64,000 bases of DNA from Heteronotia binoei. Its lineage: Eukaryota. The stretch is taken from the NCBI RefSeq assembly GCF_032191835.1, contig NC_083243.1, forward strand, positions 54,560,001 through 54,624,000. The letters run 5' to 3'. Position 1 is the stretch's first letter, and the number at the start of each line of letters is the position of its first letter. A program made the translations under genes and the position numbers. Positions 46,501 through 64,000 of this stretch are shown here, in pieces. The notes beneath the pieces are model-generated. The model saw nothing but the letters and a program-made list of their open reading frames with translations, ran no database searches and was not told the origin of the DNA.

Positions 46501-49500
46501 GCAAGCAGGAAAAACATATAGGATCTAAGTCCTATCGTCACACAATTTTACTAGTTTTGCAATATTAAGCAAAAATAGAAATGAAAGTGCCCAAAGCCTT
46601 ATTTCCATAAAATCTTCAAGAAAATAAAATTATGAATGACAGACTTGACCGGTAATTTTTAAATAATTTTTCAGAGTACAAAAGAGTAGACCACAGTAGA
46701 ACTTTCCCAATTAAAAGTAGCCTCTGAAAAATTAGTCTGAGAATGTAGTGCCTTTTGGATATGGTATTGTAGTAAACTCTCTTGAAAATGGGTAATATCA
46801 GATCAGGACATTCCCAAGTAAGAATGGCTGCAAGCCTAGATTAGGAAAAACTGTATATGATTGCTGAATTTCTAGGCCCATGTAGTAGTCACCTGGCGAA
46901 TGGCTGAAAAGTGAGCCACTTGTTGTTGTTGCCATTTCAGAGTTGGTGAGTATCCTTCAGGGGCAGGGAGGCATCCTGAGAGCTACAAGAAGAAAGGAAG
47001 AATAATTAATGCTAGACTGACAATATCAGTTCTGAATTTTTAAGTTCTCATTACCCTATGCATTAATGCTCTCTTCATTACAATCCTGTAGGAAAATCAG
47101 GCTGAGAGAGAGAGACTGCTGTACGGCCACACAGCAAGTTCATTCACTATAAATAAGATCAGGGAAAACTCAAACCATATTGAAATAGATGAAACACTCA
47201 AAAGTCCAGAACATGGTCTTCTACCTTTGTAACCCCCTTTCTCTATTATGGTATGCCATGTCTTATTTATTTATTTGATTTATATCCCGCCCTCCCCACC
47301 GAAGCAGGCTCAGGGCGGCTCACAACATAAAAACATCACAATAGTTAAAAGAATACAAATTATAAAAATAGTACATTCTAGAAAAATTATACATTAAATA
47401 ATTAAAATCAACATTTCATTTCATTTGGTGCTAGGATCTAGGTACTATGTCTTATTCAATTTTTCAGTCCGACGGCATTCCATCTACGATGTGGCTCCAT
47501 GTTAATTAAAGGCCTGCTGGAAGAGGATGGTTTTGCAGGCCCTGTGGAACTGGCCAAAGGCCGCACTTCCTCTGGCAGTTGGTTCCACCAGTGGGGGGCA
47601 GAGATCGAAAAGGCACTTTCCCTGGTGACTTTCAGTTTGACCTCCTTTGGCCCAGGGATTACCAACAGGTTTTGAGAACCAGATCGGAGTACCCTCTGGG
47701 GAATATATGGGGAGAGACGGTCCCTAACGCAGACAGGTCCTCGACCATATAGGGCTTTAAAGGTAATAACCAGCACCTTGTAATGAATCTGGTACACTAC
47801 TGGCAGCCAGTGCAGTTCCCGCAGCCCCGGCTGTATGTGCTCCCACTTAGGGAGCCCCAATAACAGCTTTGCCGCCGTGTTCTGCACTAGCTGTAGTTTC
47901 CGGGTTCGGCACAGGGGCAGCCCCATGTAGAGGGCATTACAATAGTCCAACCTCGAGGTGACTGTTGCATGGATCACTGCTGCCAGGTTGCTGCGGTCCA
48001 GGAAGGGGACCAACTGCCTCACCCGCCTAAGATGAAAAAAGCAGATTTAGCAGTGGCTACTATCTGGGCCTCCATTGTCAGGGCAGGCTCCAACAGTACC
48101 CCCAAGCTCTTGACCTTGTGCACCATTGTCAGTGGCGCACTGTCAAATGCCGGTAGGGGGATTTCCCTTCCAAGACCACCCCAGCTCTGGCAAAGGACCA
48201 CTGTTTTCGCTGGATTCAGCTTCAACCTACTCAGCCTGAGCCATCACGCCACAGCCTGCAGCGCCAGATCTAGATTTTCTGGGACACAGACAGGCTGGCC
48301 GTCCATCAGTAGATAGAGTTGGGTGTTATCAGCATATTGGTGACAACCCAACCCACCCCACACCTCCGGGCAATCTGGGCAAGGGAGCGTATGTAGATGT
48401 TAAACAACATCGGGAAGAGCACCGCCCCCTGTGGCACCCCACAGTTAAGCGGGTGCCTCCGGGACAGGTCTCCCCAAATCACCACCCTTTGTCCCCGACC
48501 ATCAAGGAAAGAGGAAAGCCATTACAAGGCTGACCCCTGGATCCCTGCGTCAGCGAGGCAGCGGGTCAGTAGCTGATGGTCGACCGTATCAAACACAGCT
48601 GATAGGTCCAACAGCATCAACACTGCTGAGCCACCTTGATCCAGTTGCCGCTGGAGGTCATCCACCAGGGTGACCAGCACTGACTCCGTCCCATGACCTG
48701 GCCAAAGCCGGATTGGTGGGTGTCTAGAATGGAAGTGTCATCCAGAAAACTCAGCAACCGTAGCGCCACTGCCCTCTCAATAATTTTACCCAAAAAGGGT
48801 AAATGCGAGACTGGCCAGTAGTTTGCCAATTCGGCCAGATCTGATGTAGCTTTTTCAAGAGGGGACAGACCACAGCCTCTTTAAGAGGCATTGGAAAAAG
48901 CCCCTCCGAGAGAGATCTATTTACAATGTCCCATATAGGATATCTAAGCTCCCTCCAGCAAGCTTTTAATTAGCCAGGAAGGGCAAGGGTCCAGATCATA
49001 AGTTGTTGGGCGTACAGTGGAGAGGATTCTGTCGACTTCCTCCAGGCTGAGCATGTCGAAGCAATTCAGAACTGGTCCAGAAGACAGGCCCGGGGCCTTG
49101 CGTTCACATACTGTCTCCAATGTGGCGGGGAGGTCGTGACGGAGTGACGAGATTTTATCCGCAAAAAATTCTGTGAAAGCCTCACAGCCTATCTCCAATT
49201 CCCTAGCATTTGGCCTGCCCTGAAGCAGTGTTGTAAGGGTCCGAATTGTCCTAAACAATTGTGCCGGGCGTGAATTTGCAGACGCAATCTTGGCTGCAAA
49301 GTAAATTTTCTTTGTGGCCTTGACTGCCCTCTCATAAGATCTCATAAACTCTCTATAAGATGTTCTAGTCACTTTGTCTTGAGCACACAGTTTGTTACAC
49401 TGACTGTTGCACTATTTTCCAATTCTGTAATTTTACTTTTTCTACATTGTTTATTGTGTATTTTGTTGTCTGACTGAATTGTTTTTATATGTTGTAATCT

Positions 49501-51832
49501 ACCTTGAGTCTTAGTGAAAAGGGCACACTATAAATGAAGTAAATAACCCATAGCAATCTAAAGTTTAATACTAGCAAATTGTAACCAATGGGTGGCCTCT
49601 AGTGTACTCTGTCATGAGTCATGGGCAGAGGCAGAGCTTTCATAGTGGTGGCAGGCTGCTTCATATGCCAGGACATGGGTCAGAGGTTGCTTCCAGAGCA
49701 CACCACCTTGTCCTCCCCTATAAAACTAGTTTGCCATGCATTGCATTTATTTTACCTTGGTGGATCAAGAAATAAGAAAGCCCAGCCTTCCTGGCTAGAA
49801 ATAACTAGCTAAAATCTGTGGACCCCTGACCCAGACAACATTATTTCAAGTTAAAAACAACTCATCAAGATTAAGAGAGAGAAGAGAAGGAATGACTGTA
49901 TTGTAGAATAAATGAAAACCGATTAGTGGCTGGAACCCCAGAGATACTGAAAATATTGGTCCAGATATTACTTGAAATAGTAGTGTTCAACAACTACTTG
50001 GGTCCATATTGCTAACACCTTTTAAGACTGGCCCATATTACACCAATTCCAAGTTTTGTTCTGGAAGATTAGACACCATCTACATGAACTCTGCAAGATG
50101 TTAAGTTTTGTTATTGGCAATCTGTAAAACATCTTGCACTATCAGGATGGAGGATAGCCTTGCAGAACATGCTCACTTGAAGTTTTGCTCACTCAGCATA
50201 TTACTGCCACAGTCTCTTCTTAAATGAACAAGAGGACAGTGTGATATAGGGGCTATAATGTTAGACTGAGATAGGTCAGGAGAGGTTCCAATTCGCTAAA
50301 CTGTAAAGCTCACTATATGGCCTTACACCAGCCACTGCTGTTGTGTAACTACAATGAGGAGAGAGATTCTCAACATTTATTGCTGCCCTGAGCTCACTGG
50401 ACCACACAAAATAAATTTTATTTCCCCAGAACTTACTGAAATATTCACTGTCTGTTTCTTTTTCAGTTTTCTTGGGTCTATCTGGGCCACAACAACATCT
50501 GGACATTTTGCAGCTTCAATCCTACAAAAAAAAAGCAAATGTCCCAATTTTGTTTTTAATGTCTTCCAGTTTCTGGAGAAGTGCAGAAATTACCCAGGAA
50601 TTCTTACATATTTTTTACATCTAAAAAGATTCTTTGATATGACTAACACCACAACAATGACCTAAGGAAGTCACCACAGGAAGTCACCTGCAGCAGAAAT
50701 TTTGAAGGCAATCAAGCCTTTCTCATCATGTCTTTGTTCCTATCTTTTTAATCCAGCATTTTTGGATGGCTTCAGTCTTTGTTTGTTTGTTCTTTTTTGC
50801 TATCTTTGTGAAGCTGATTTTTAGGCTGTTTTCTGTTCAGTGGCAGAACTTGTGTTGACAGAGATTACAGAATCAGAACATTTAGTTTCATACTAATTTG
50901 ATGTATCTGACAAAGTGGGCATGCACATGAAAGCTTATACCCAGAATTAAACTTTGTTGGTCTTAAAGGTGCCACTGGACTCAAAGTTTTTCTATAGAAA
51001 AGTAGGAGTAAAGTGTTCCTAATTTAATCCACAAATATTCATATTCTGAAAATCTCCCAGGACCATAGCCTGCCTTGCCAAAACACAGGACCTATGAGGC
51101 ACCCAACAGGCATTTGTGGACCAAATTCACCTTAGTAGGTCACAAGTTATGTAGTTGATCAAATGGGTGCCTTCTAGCATAACAAGTGAAGCCCAGGGAA
51201 AAAGTGCATCTGCATTGCATTAATTTCAATTAATCTTGTATATATTTTACCCCCAGTTATTCAATGATGTGGTACTACTGCCAAGCATCTCCAGACAAGC
51301 AATGTTACAGAAGGAGCACAGGCAGTCAGACTATTAATGAAAACAAATGCACCTTTACCCCACAAGCACTGAGTACATACCGCATACCTACAGGGAGCAA
51401 GTAGATTCTTCATTAATTTCATATCGACAACAACCCCATTAGATACTAGCTGCCAAATCTAGGCAGAACGTAAAACACCTATTTATCAAGGGAAACTGTG
51501 AGCGCACTTGAAGGGGCAACCCGGCCAACACAGGTAACCCTCGGCATCGGCTGAATGATGGCCTTCCTACCACCTTACGGAAGGGATAGCTGCAAGCCTG
51601 TCTCCAAAAGGAGGGCCGGATCAATCCACTCACCAGGAACTGACCCATTCCCAACCCTGCTCTTTCTCTGCTCTCCACTGCGGCAGGCGCAGACCCTCTA
51701 TCAGCCCACTTACTGAACCCGCTTTAAATACTCTTGGGGTGTTCTGGGCGGCACAGTAGGGTCGAAATCCTCCGAGATATCACAATCCTCCACAGGCAAA
51801 AGCCGGGGCATCAATTCCTCGACCGCCTCCAT
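40559..51832 (-). CDS. GEMIN2: Gem-associated protein 2 (SIP1), complete 10-exon CDS, 792 nt / 263 aa
   Basis: Exons 51832-51714, 50521-50437, 46982-46893, 45924-45865, 45684-45571, 44233-44189, 43461-43393, 42365-42255, 41879-41821, 40598-40559. All junctions GT-AG. Protein [15 protein letters not shown]...[30 protein letters not shown]...[12 protein letters not shown]. Confidence 0.97.
41821..41879 (-). CDS. GEMIN2: GEMIN2 exon 9
   Basis: [20 protein letters not shown]; AG/GT flanks. Confidence 0.94.
42255..42365 (-). CDS. GEMIN2: GEMIN2 exon 8
   Basis: [37 protein letters not shown]; AG/GT flanks. Confidence 0.96.
42590..42790 (+). mobile_element. Older SINE family copy (similar copies near 7241-7430, 18710-18870, 24640-24810, 32040-32200, 57550-57690, 58320-58460, 60290-60460)
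   Basis: Recurring ggatctgggagac...ttcaaatccccactctgccatggaagcttgctgggtgaccttgggccagtcac...gtgaagataaaatgg core. Confidence 0.65.
43393..43461 (-). CDS. GEMIN2: GEMIN2 exon 7
   Basis: [23 protein letters not shown]; AG/GT flanks. Confidence 0.95.
44189..44233 (-). CDS. GEMIN2: GEMIN2 exon 6
   Basis: [15 protein letters not shown]; AG/GT flanks. Confidence 0.94.
44419..44459 (-). ncRNA. Degenerate minimal type I hammerhead ribozyme motif (PLE pLTR)
   Basis: CCA CTGAGGA T GTTCTC-CGCAGCT-GAGAAC GAAAC ACC TGG; the cleavage triplet is mutated (ACC instead of GTC). Confidence 0.65.
45438..45478 (+). ncRNA. Degenerate minimal type I hammerhead ribozyme motif (PLE pLTR)
   Basis: CCA CTGAGGA T GTTCTC-CGCAGCT-GAGAAC AAAAC GTC TGG; G12 is mutated to A. 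Confidence 0.65.
45571..45684 (-). CDS. GEMIN2: GEMIN2 exon 5
   Basis: [38 protein letters not shown]; AG/GT flanks. Confidence 0.95.
45865..45924 (-). CDS. GEMIN2: GEMIN2 exon 4
   Basis: [20 protein letters not shown]; AG/GT flanks. Confidence 0.95.
46893..46982 (-). CDS. GEMIN2: GEMIN2 exon 3
   Basis: [30 protein letters not shown]; AG/GT flanks. Confidence 0.95.
47263..49372 (-). mobile_element. L2-clade LINE fragment in GEMIN2 intron 2, sense orientation
   Basis: Frameshifted RT remnants ([34 protein letters not shown]...[12 protein letters not shown]) and an (AATA)n tail at 47263-47276. Confidence 0.88.
50437..50521 (-). CDS. GEMIN2: GEMIN2 exon 2
   Basis: [28 protein letters not shown]; AG/GT flanks. 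Confidence 0.95.
51714..51832 (-). CDS. GEMIN2: GEMIN2 exon 1 (coding part)
   Basis: [40 protein letters not shown], donor CA|GTAAGT, CpG-rich context. Confidence 0.93.
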
Positions 51833-53059
51833 TTCACCCCCTCCACCAACACTCTTCGACAGGGAATGCACAACGCATGTGCAAAAAACCGAGGATGCCC
51901 ATGACGGCACAGCTGCGACCGGAATGCGAAACCAATGCGCCACTCCTCCTGCGCTGGAGACCATAGAGCTGGGATGGGATTGGTGAAAAAGCCCCACCGT
52001 TTGACAGAAGATTCTTTCTTAGGGTTTTCCTCGCAAATAAGTGATTTCTTGCATGTGCATTGATTTGCTACTCTCCCGCTTTTTGAACTTTTACTGTGGA
52101 TTTATGCGAGAGCCGGCGTGGTATAATGAAATGTGGCTTGAATTCTAGCTTTCCACATTCTTCTGTCCCTGCCAATAAAATGGAAATTTTGGATTCTCAA
52201 GCCCACAGCAGAAGTTTTGACGACAAAAATAGCTCACATTAGAATCCTCCCCCCCCCGCCTTCTTTGCAGTTCACTGAAACACAGCAATAGAACAGGAAC
52301 CTTAGTTGAGTATCAGTCATAATTTCTTAATTGCCTTCTGCATACCAACGAGGGACTGTAGCACTGAGTCATGGCCCCTCTCCAAGTTGCTTAACACTTC
52401 CACAAGTAAGTATTGATTGTGAGCACATTGTAATCTTTACTAGAAAAAGCCTGAATGTTTTTACATTCACCTACAAAATGGAGGCATGAAATGAAGGATC
52501 AAAATGATGCGGTACCTGACACCACTCCCAAAATGAAATTGGGTAGACATATTTAGGTTGGTGACAAGTCTAGTAGCACCTTAGACAACAAAATTTTCCA
52601 GCATATTAAGCTGGAAAATATACCTTGTGCACAGAAAAATAGATCTGTTTTATTCCAAATGGCTTTCTAAAAAGTGCATAGCTTGACAGCTCCATGATGC
52701 CCAACCATTAGTAATCTAGTAGAACAGAAACTTAATGTGTAAGTGCAGTTAACCAGTGCAACACTGTTCTACAAAAGTGAATAAAAGTCCTTTGTTCAGA
52801 AATCCATTTATTTGTTGTACTGTTAAAAAGCACACTGTTTTTGACACAAACCTCAGAATATGTTACAGCACCATTTAGGGTTAAGAATTTGCCCTTCTTT
52901 CTGTTAGAAAAATATAAAGGGATATAAAGAGTGTCTTCCCATATGTGATTAGTACTTTTTATATTTTTGGATGTTATATATATTCTTAAGCAAGATACCC
53001 AAACAATATCCTGTTATAAAATTACCGATATTTGTATACAAGCGAACATAACCCCAGAA

Positions 53060-53272
53060 TAGGGTTGCCAACCTCCATGTGTGGTGGCTGGTGATCTCTC
53101 TGAATTACAACTGATCTCCAGTCAAGAGATATCAGTTTTCCTGGAGAAAATGAATGCTTTGGAAGCTGGTCTCTGGCATTATACCCTGCTGAAGTCACTC
53201 CCCTCCCCAAACCCCATCCACCCCAGGTTCCATCCCCAAAACTTCCAGGAATTTCCCAACCTACAGCTGGCC
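53060..53272. mobile_element. TAGGGTTGCCA-terminated non-autonomous DNA element family (also 608-748, about 2989, 54215-54415, 57767-57995, 59770-59880)
   Basis: Recurring termini TAGGGTTGCCA/TGGCAACCCTA and a shared internal sequence (ctggagatcagttgtaatt...ccctggagaaaatggc). Confidence 0.65.
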
Positions 53273-53630
53273 AAAGACATTTTTCAAAAATACCCATATA
53301 AATTATTCTGTGTAGTTCATATATTTCCTTAGCAAGCACACATATCAACTGCTTGCTTTGACAATTGGAGTATGTTTGCAACAAAGTAGATCTTAAATCT
53401 ATGAATATAATCCAAATCTTTGGCCATACAATGTACGTGTTGCACTGCAAAATTTTTGGTTTAGGAACAAAACATCTGTTTTCTGTTTCAAATCCCTCTC
53501 TTAAGCAAGGATGCTAATCACAATAACATGAAACTATCTTATATCTAAGTCAGATCACTGGTCCATCTAACAATGGTTAATTTTGCCAATCTCCAGGTGC
53601 AATATAACACTAGAATTGTCACAACCGAGC

Positions 53631-54214
53631 TTGTAGTAAAATAAATTACACTGTGATAATATTTACTAAGAATTGATACTATAATTTTCTACAAGAATTA
53701 GCTAAACAAAGTACATAAAATATTTTCATACAATACCAATCATACAAGAGAATCCAGTTTTCAAATTCATTAACAGTCACACAGGAGAACCAGGAAACAA
53801 GTACAAAGGCAACTTTGTGAAGTACATCTGGAGGTCTCTGATCCCAGTTAAACCTGAAATGAATGTGTAGCTTCATTGCCTTATTAATCCCTCGCCTGAC
53901 TAAATAACATTGAAGCAAGAGTTGATGGTCATGTTGCAAATATCTTGGGATTATAAAATATTTTGAATGAATGTCATGAAATTGGACTGTTCAAGAACAT
54001 ATTATTCTATGAAATATTATTTTACCTGTTTCCTGTTTTACCTTGTACCTGTTTCCTGGATTCTCGTGTGACTCTTAATGTGAAAACTTTTGAAAACTGG
54101 ATTCTCTTGGATTATTGGTATTGTATGTAAAACGTTTTTATGTACTAACGCTTGTTGTAGAGAGTTATAGTATCAATTCTTAGTAAATACTGTCAGCGTA
54201 TTTATTTTCTACAA
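53631..54214. repeat. AT-rich long imperfect inverted repeat (fold-back)
   Basis: Arms about 53631-53815 and 54040-54214, including a perfect 20-bp match ATTTACTAAGAATTGATACT; roughly 80% identity by eye. Confidence 0.75.
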
Positions 54215-54510
54215 ACTTCCAGGTGGGGCCTGGAGATATCCCAGTATTACAACTGATCTCCAGACTACAGAGATCAGTTCCCCTAGAGAAAATGGCTGTT
54301 TTGGAGAGTGAATACTATGGCATTATACCCCACCAAGGTCCCTCACCTAACCCCACCATCTCCAGGCTCTACCCCCAAATTTCCAGGAATTTCCCAGCCT
54401 GGACTTGGCAGCCGTAGTCCACTGACTGACAGCAACTCTCCTTGACTAGAAATTTTTCAGATCAAACACTGCTTGATCTTTAATGATGCTGGAGACTGAA
54501 CCTGTGGTCT

Positions 54511-54789
54511 CAGATCATGACAGGGAGGGCAGGAAGGATCACATCAGTGCTTCATTCCTGTGGCCTTTTCTTACACGCTGAGGGAAAATTCTGACCACCA
54601 CTTGGGGTCAGGAAGCAATTTTCTCCTGGCGATTTTGGCCAGGGACCCTGGAGGATTTGGGTTTTTTTTTTGCCATCTTCTGGGCATGGAGCAGGGATCA
54701 CTAGGGATGTGGGGAGAGGTATTTCAGAATTTCCTGCAATATGCAGAGGACTAGATGATCTTGGTGCTCCCTTCCAACTCTTATGATTC
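54511..54789 (+). mobile_element. CR1 3' UTR fragment, same family as 7656-8362
   Basis: Colinear with about 8080-8362; ends cccttccaactcttatgattc. Confidence 0.75.
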
Positions 54790-55065
54790 CGTAAGTCAAA
54801 ATTAACTTCTTCAAATTCACTGGGAGTCAAAATTCACTTTTTCACCCCCCCCCCCCCCAATTTTATTTGTGTCCTACCATGCAAGGAATTTACTTAACTA
54901 GTTTAGGGTACAAATACTTACATTAGACGAACATTTCTTTCTTCAAATCTGAGTCTTAAATAGTCTAATTTTTAGTATTTTTTAAAAGATCTATCTCAAA
55001 AAAACAAATGTTCTTTAATTCTCCTCACCTTGTCAATGAAAGGCAAAACAGTTTTGTAAAGATTG

Positions 55066-55071
55066 TTTATT
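55066..55071 (-). terminator. Candidate PROSER1 poly(A) signal AATAAA
   Basis: AATAAA on the minus strand about 1.56 kb past the stop codon, with U-rich downstream sequence; another candidate at 56425-56430. Confidence 0.4.
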
Positions 55072-56626
55072 CCAGTCTACTTTAGAAACGTGTGTACCAT
55101 CCCTACACATTTTATAAAAAAAACTTTATAAAAATACATATATATACATATTAGTGTTCTTCATGCCTTTTCACTTGTGGAAGCCTCTATATTAATCCCA
55201 TTTAGTACACTTCCATTTTGGGGGGGGGAGGTATCAAGCTTTGCTTTTTCTGACAATTCACATTAAAAAAATCAAGTATATCACTACTGTAGATCTAGAA
55301 CATGATCAGTTCTTTAAGAGATAGAAAAATCCCTACTATTTGTGACTACATATACTAAAACAGTATAGAGCACTTCATTAACATAACAAGAGCATCATCC
55401 ATATCTTGTATTGCATAATTCCTACTTCAAGTGAGCCATCTGTCTTTAAAATTCTTGTGAGTATACTGCTGGCTTCTGCAGTCTGGAAGTAGGGGATAAT
55501 CAAGTGCCAGCCACTTGTACAGTGTAGGTGCATGAACTGGAGGATACATTTTAAAGGTTTAAGTCTGCATCTTTCAAAGATGTTTTAGACGCATTTTTTT
55601 AGTCAGGAAATTCATTCTTATATGACTATAATACAGCATTATATATTAGTGCAGTACTTCTCATTTAAGAAAAATGACCACTTCGTTCACAAATCAGCAG
55701 GCCTTTGACATGTTAGGCAGAATCTGAAGTGATGCATTTGGTGCACTAGAGCTTCTACCAATGCTTTACAATTAGGTTACAGTAAATTACCAATTATTCA
55801 TAAAACAAAACCATGAATTGTAGATACAAGTCCTAATGAGCTACAGTAACTGTACACTGAAGTCTAGGGCTTGCAAAAAAGGATATTTTAAAAAATAAAC
55901 TAATAGTCAAGTTTCCTAAAGTGGGGCTTCCTGGCACCCTTGGAGGGTAAAGAAACACTGGTGAATTATTTGAAACACATGCAGGTAAAGAATAGGGGCA
56001 ATCTGATACATATTATAGCAGTTTATAGCATTTGGATGCAGATGTGCAAATATGGATTGGAAAGGCAATGCAGAACATTAAAAATGAAGGACAGGGGTTT
56101 GGAATTGACTCTAAAGAAATGTGCCTTTTATGTAAAAATATTAGATTCTATAGCCTGGGAAAAGCAGCTATGAATCTGATATGTAACATGAGGTGGGGAG
56201 AAAGGAGAACATCTGACATTCTGGCAGCCTCTGATTTACACACTTGTTTTTTCTCAAAACCCACATATCAAATATGGGATTAAATTAGTCCTGAAAAGTT
56301 CATGTAACACTTCTTACACCAAACCACTTAAAAAAACCCCTGACCCCCTAGGCTGGATCATGCTAAGGTCCAAGTATCCTCAGCTTTTACTAGCTAAAAA
56401 TGGAATTAGGGACACCCAGTGCTTTTTATTGATAAGAAGTTAAACAGTTCGTCTTTTGTAGTATGTCAGAAACAGCTTCTCAGAATCCTTCTTCTCTTCC
56501 TCTTCAGTGCTATACACTGAAGTAAATATTTTCCAAAGCCTTCAATGGGAGCATCATCAGTGGCCTTGCCAAGCTGGCACAACATTCTTCCAAAAGGGCT
56601 CTCTCTGCAGGGGAAACTGAAGTTGT

Positions 56627-62564
<5,938 letters not shown>

Positions 62565-62743
62565 TCAACACGAATGCATTCTAACAATTCACGCAGCAAC
62601 TCATAGGCATAGGAGCAAAATAAAAGAGTGCATCACAACTTACAAAAAAAATGGTATGCAAGAGTGAGACATGACCAGCAGTTCAGTTACTGTTTGAACT
62701 GTTCAAGCTAAAGAACAAGCAAAATTTGTTCCCTCCACCCAAA

Positions 62744-62809
62744 AAAGTCCGTAATTTATGTTATCTGCATACCTATAAAGTCCGTAATTTATGTTATCTG
62801 CATACCTAT
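62744..62809. repeat. Perfect 2 x 33 bp tandem duplication
   Basis: AAAGTCCGTAATTTATGTTATCTGCATACCTAT occurs twice in tandem. Confidence 0.9.
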
Positions 62810-64000
62810 TCCGTTATCTTTCCTATCCTTGTACACTAGCTTCACTATAGGGGCAATCCTTATAAGGCTTTTGATTTGTGAAACAAATTTTTTTAAAAAG
62901 GTCCCCCCTTGTGAAAATATTTTTGAATCTGGAGAATTCTAAAGTTCAGGCAAAGTGATGTTTGTGATGTAGGTACTGGCCTGCATGGCCGGCACGTCCC
63001 AGTAGGCCAGGTAAGCAGCTGCCTAGGGCTGAGATCTTGGACCCCTGAATGATTTGTATTAGAATGACCCATTCATTTCCATTCCACCTTGGATGATCTT
63101 GACAGAGTCAATCCTTTTTAGACAAAGGACAATCTTGTTTAGGACAGGCCACTTATATGACATGGAAGATCAGAGCCATTGTTAGATACCTGATCAGGGT
63201 GGGGGATTATATTTTATACTTTTCTGATTGGTAGCAGTAGCCTTTGACATCAGAGATCGAACTTTGTGAGACATTTACTAATTCAGCTCATAGCTCTTAA
63301 AGAGGCTGGCTTATCTGGACATTTGAGATCTTCCCTTGTTTTCAGCAGAAGCTGGGTCCACAGGAGATTGGCTAAGGACTCCTCTAGCATTTTGTTACTG
63401 CAAAGAACTCTGCAAATGCTCTGAGCAACTTGCTAAAGCATAGGTAATATGCACTTAGGTTCATTCACCTGTATATCTTTTCATTTGAACCTCTGTACTG
63501 TGCTGCAGTGCCCCTTTTCCTTGCATTTTATAGTTTTTCAGTTGCTTTTTTGAATCCAACACCTTTTTCCTTTTTTTGCTCTCTTTTATAATAAGCCTTT
63601 TTATAAAGACTTTTTTTTTAGTTCACAGTACAACTTACTTCTCTCAGATATTTTGCTTAATCTGTTCCCCATGTGCTAGACTCAGAGCACGTGGGCATTA
63701 CACAGCTGGTTATAAGGTACTTTTAAAGGCTTCTACCCTGTCACTTTGTTATTGTTATGGTACTGTGTTAAAAGGATACCTTCTCAGTAGGTCAGTCTAG
63801 GTGTTACCAAGAGGTCCTGAGTGACAGTGGCTTAGTACCATTGCATTTTCCAGGGAACCCTTGACCTAAGGGAGTATCCCAGCAAGGAAAGACACTGCCC
63901 CTCCCCCTCCTACCATTACAGGGGCATCCTGGTAAATCAACACTTATTGAAGATGACAAATTCCTTAATTTTTGGTAAGTGGGAGGATGGGGCAAAGAAA

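Overview
Vertebrate genomic DNA, most likely a squamate reptile (a gecko is inferred from the repeat families). It holds five spliced genes whose exons I reconstructed by hand. Every junction is GT-AG and the CDS lengths add up in frame. The genes are MIA2 exon 1 (minus, continues off the left edge), complete PNN/pinin (9 exons, minus, 688 aa), complete TRAPPC6B (6 exons, plus, 158 aa, or 163 aa from an upstream Kozak ATG), complete GEMIN2 (10 exons, minus, 263 aa) and the last three exons of PROSER1 (minus, continues off the right edge). The rest is repeats: a full-length but decayed Ty1/Copia LTR element (33171-38604) with two nested retroposon insertions, CR1, L2 and RTE/BovB LINE fragments, a Penelope-like element, SINEs and several MITE families. 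Four observations stand out. (1) The Copia primer-binding site matches initiator tRNA-Met perfectly for 32 nt (nt 9-40), about twice the classical half-tRNA PBS, and ends at the m1G9 position. (2) A TSD-bounded fold-back Penelope insertion fills GEMIN2 intron 5; one arm is a ladder of four microhomology deletions and each arm carries a differently inactivated hammerhead ribozyme. (3) PROSER1 sits where SEC23A lies in human, indicating a synteny junction about 3 kb wide. (4) PNN exon 3 has a tandem donor predicted to give an NMD isoform. No database searches were run; family and gene names come from recognised motifs and recalled orthologue sequences.
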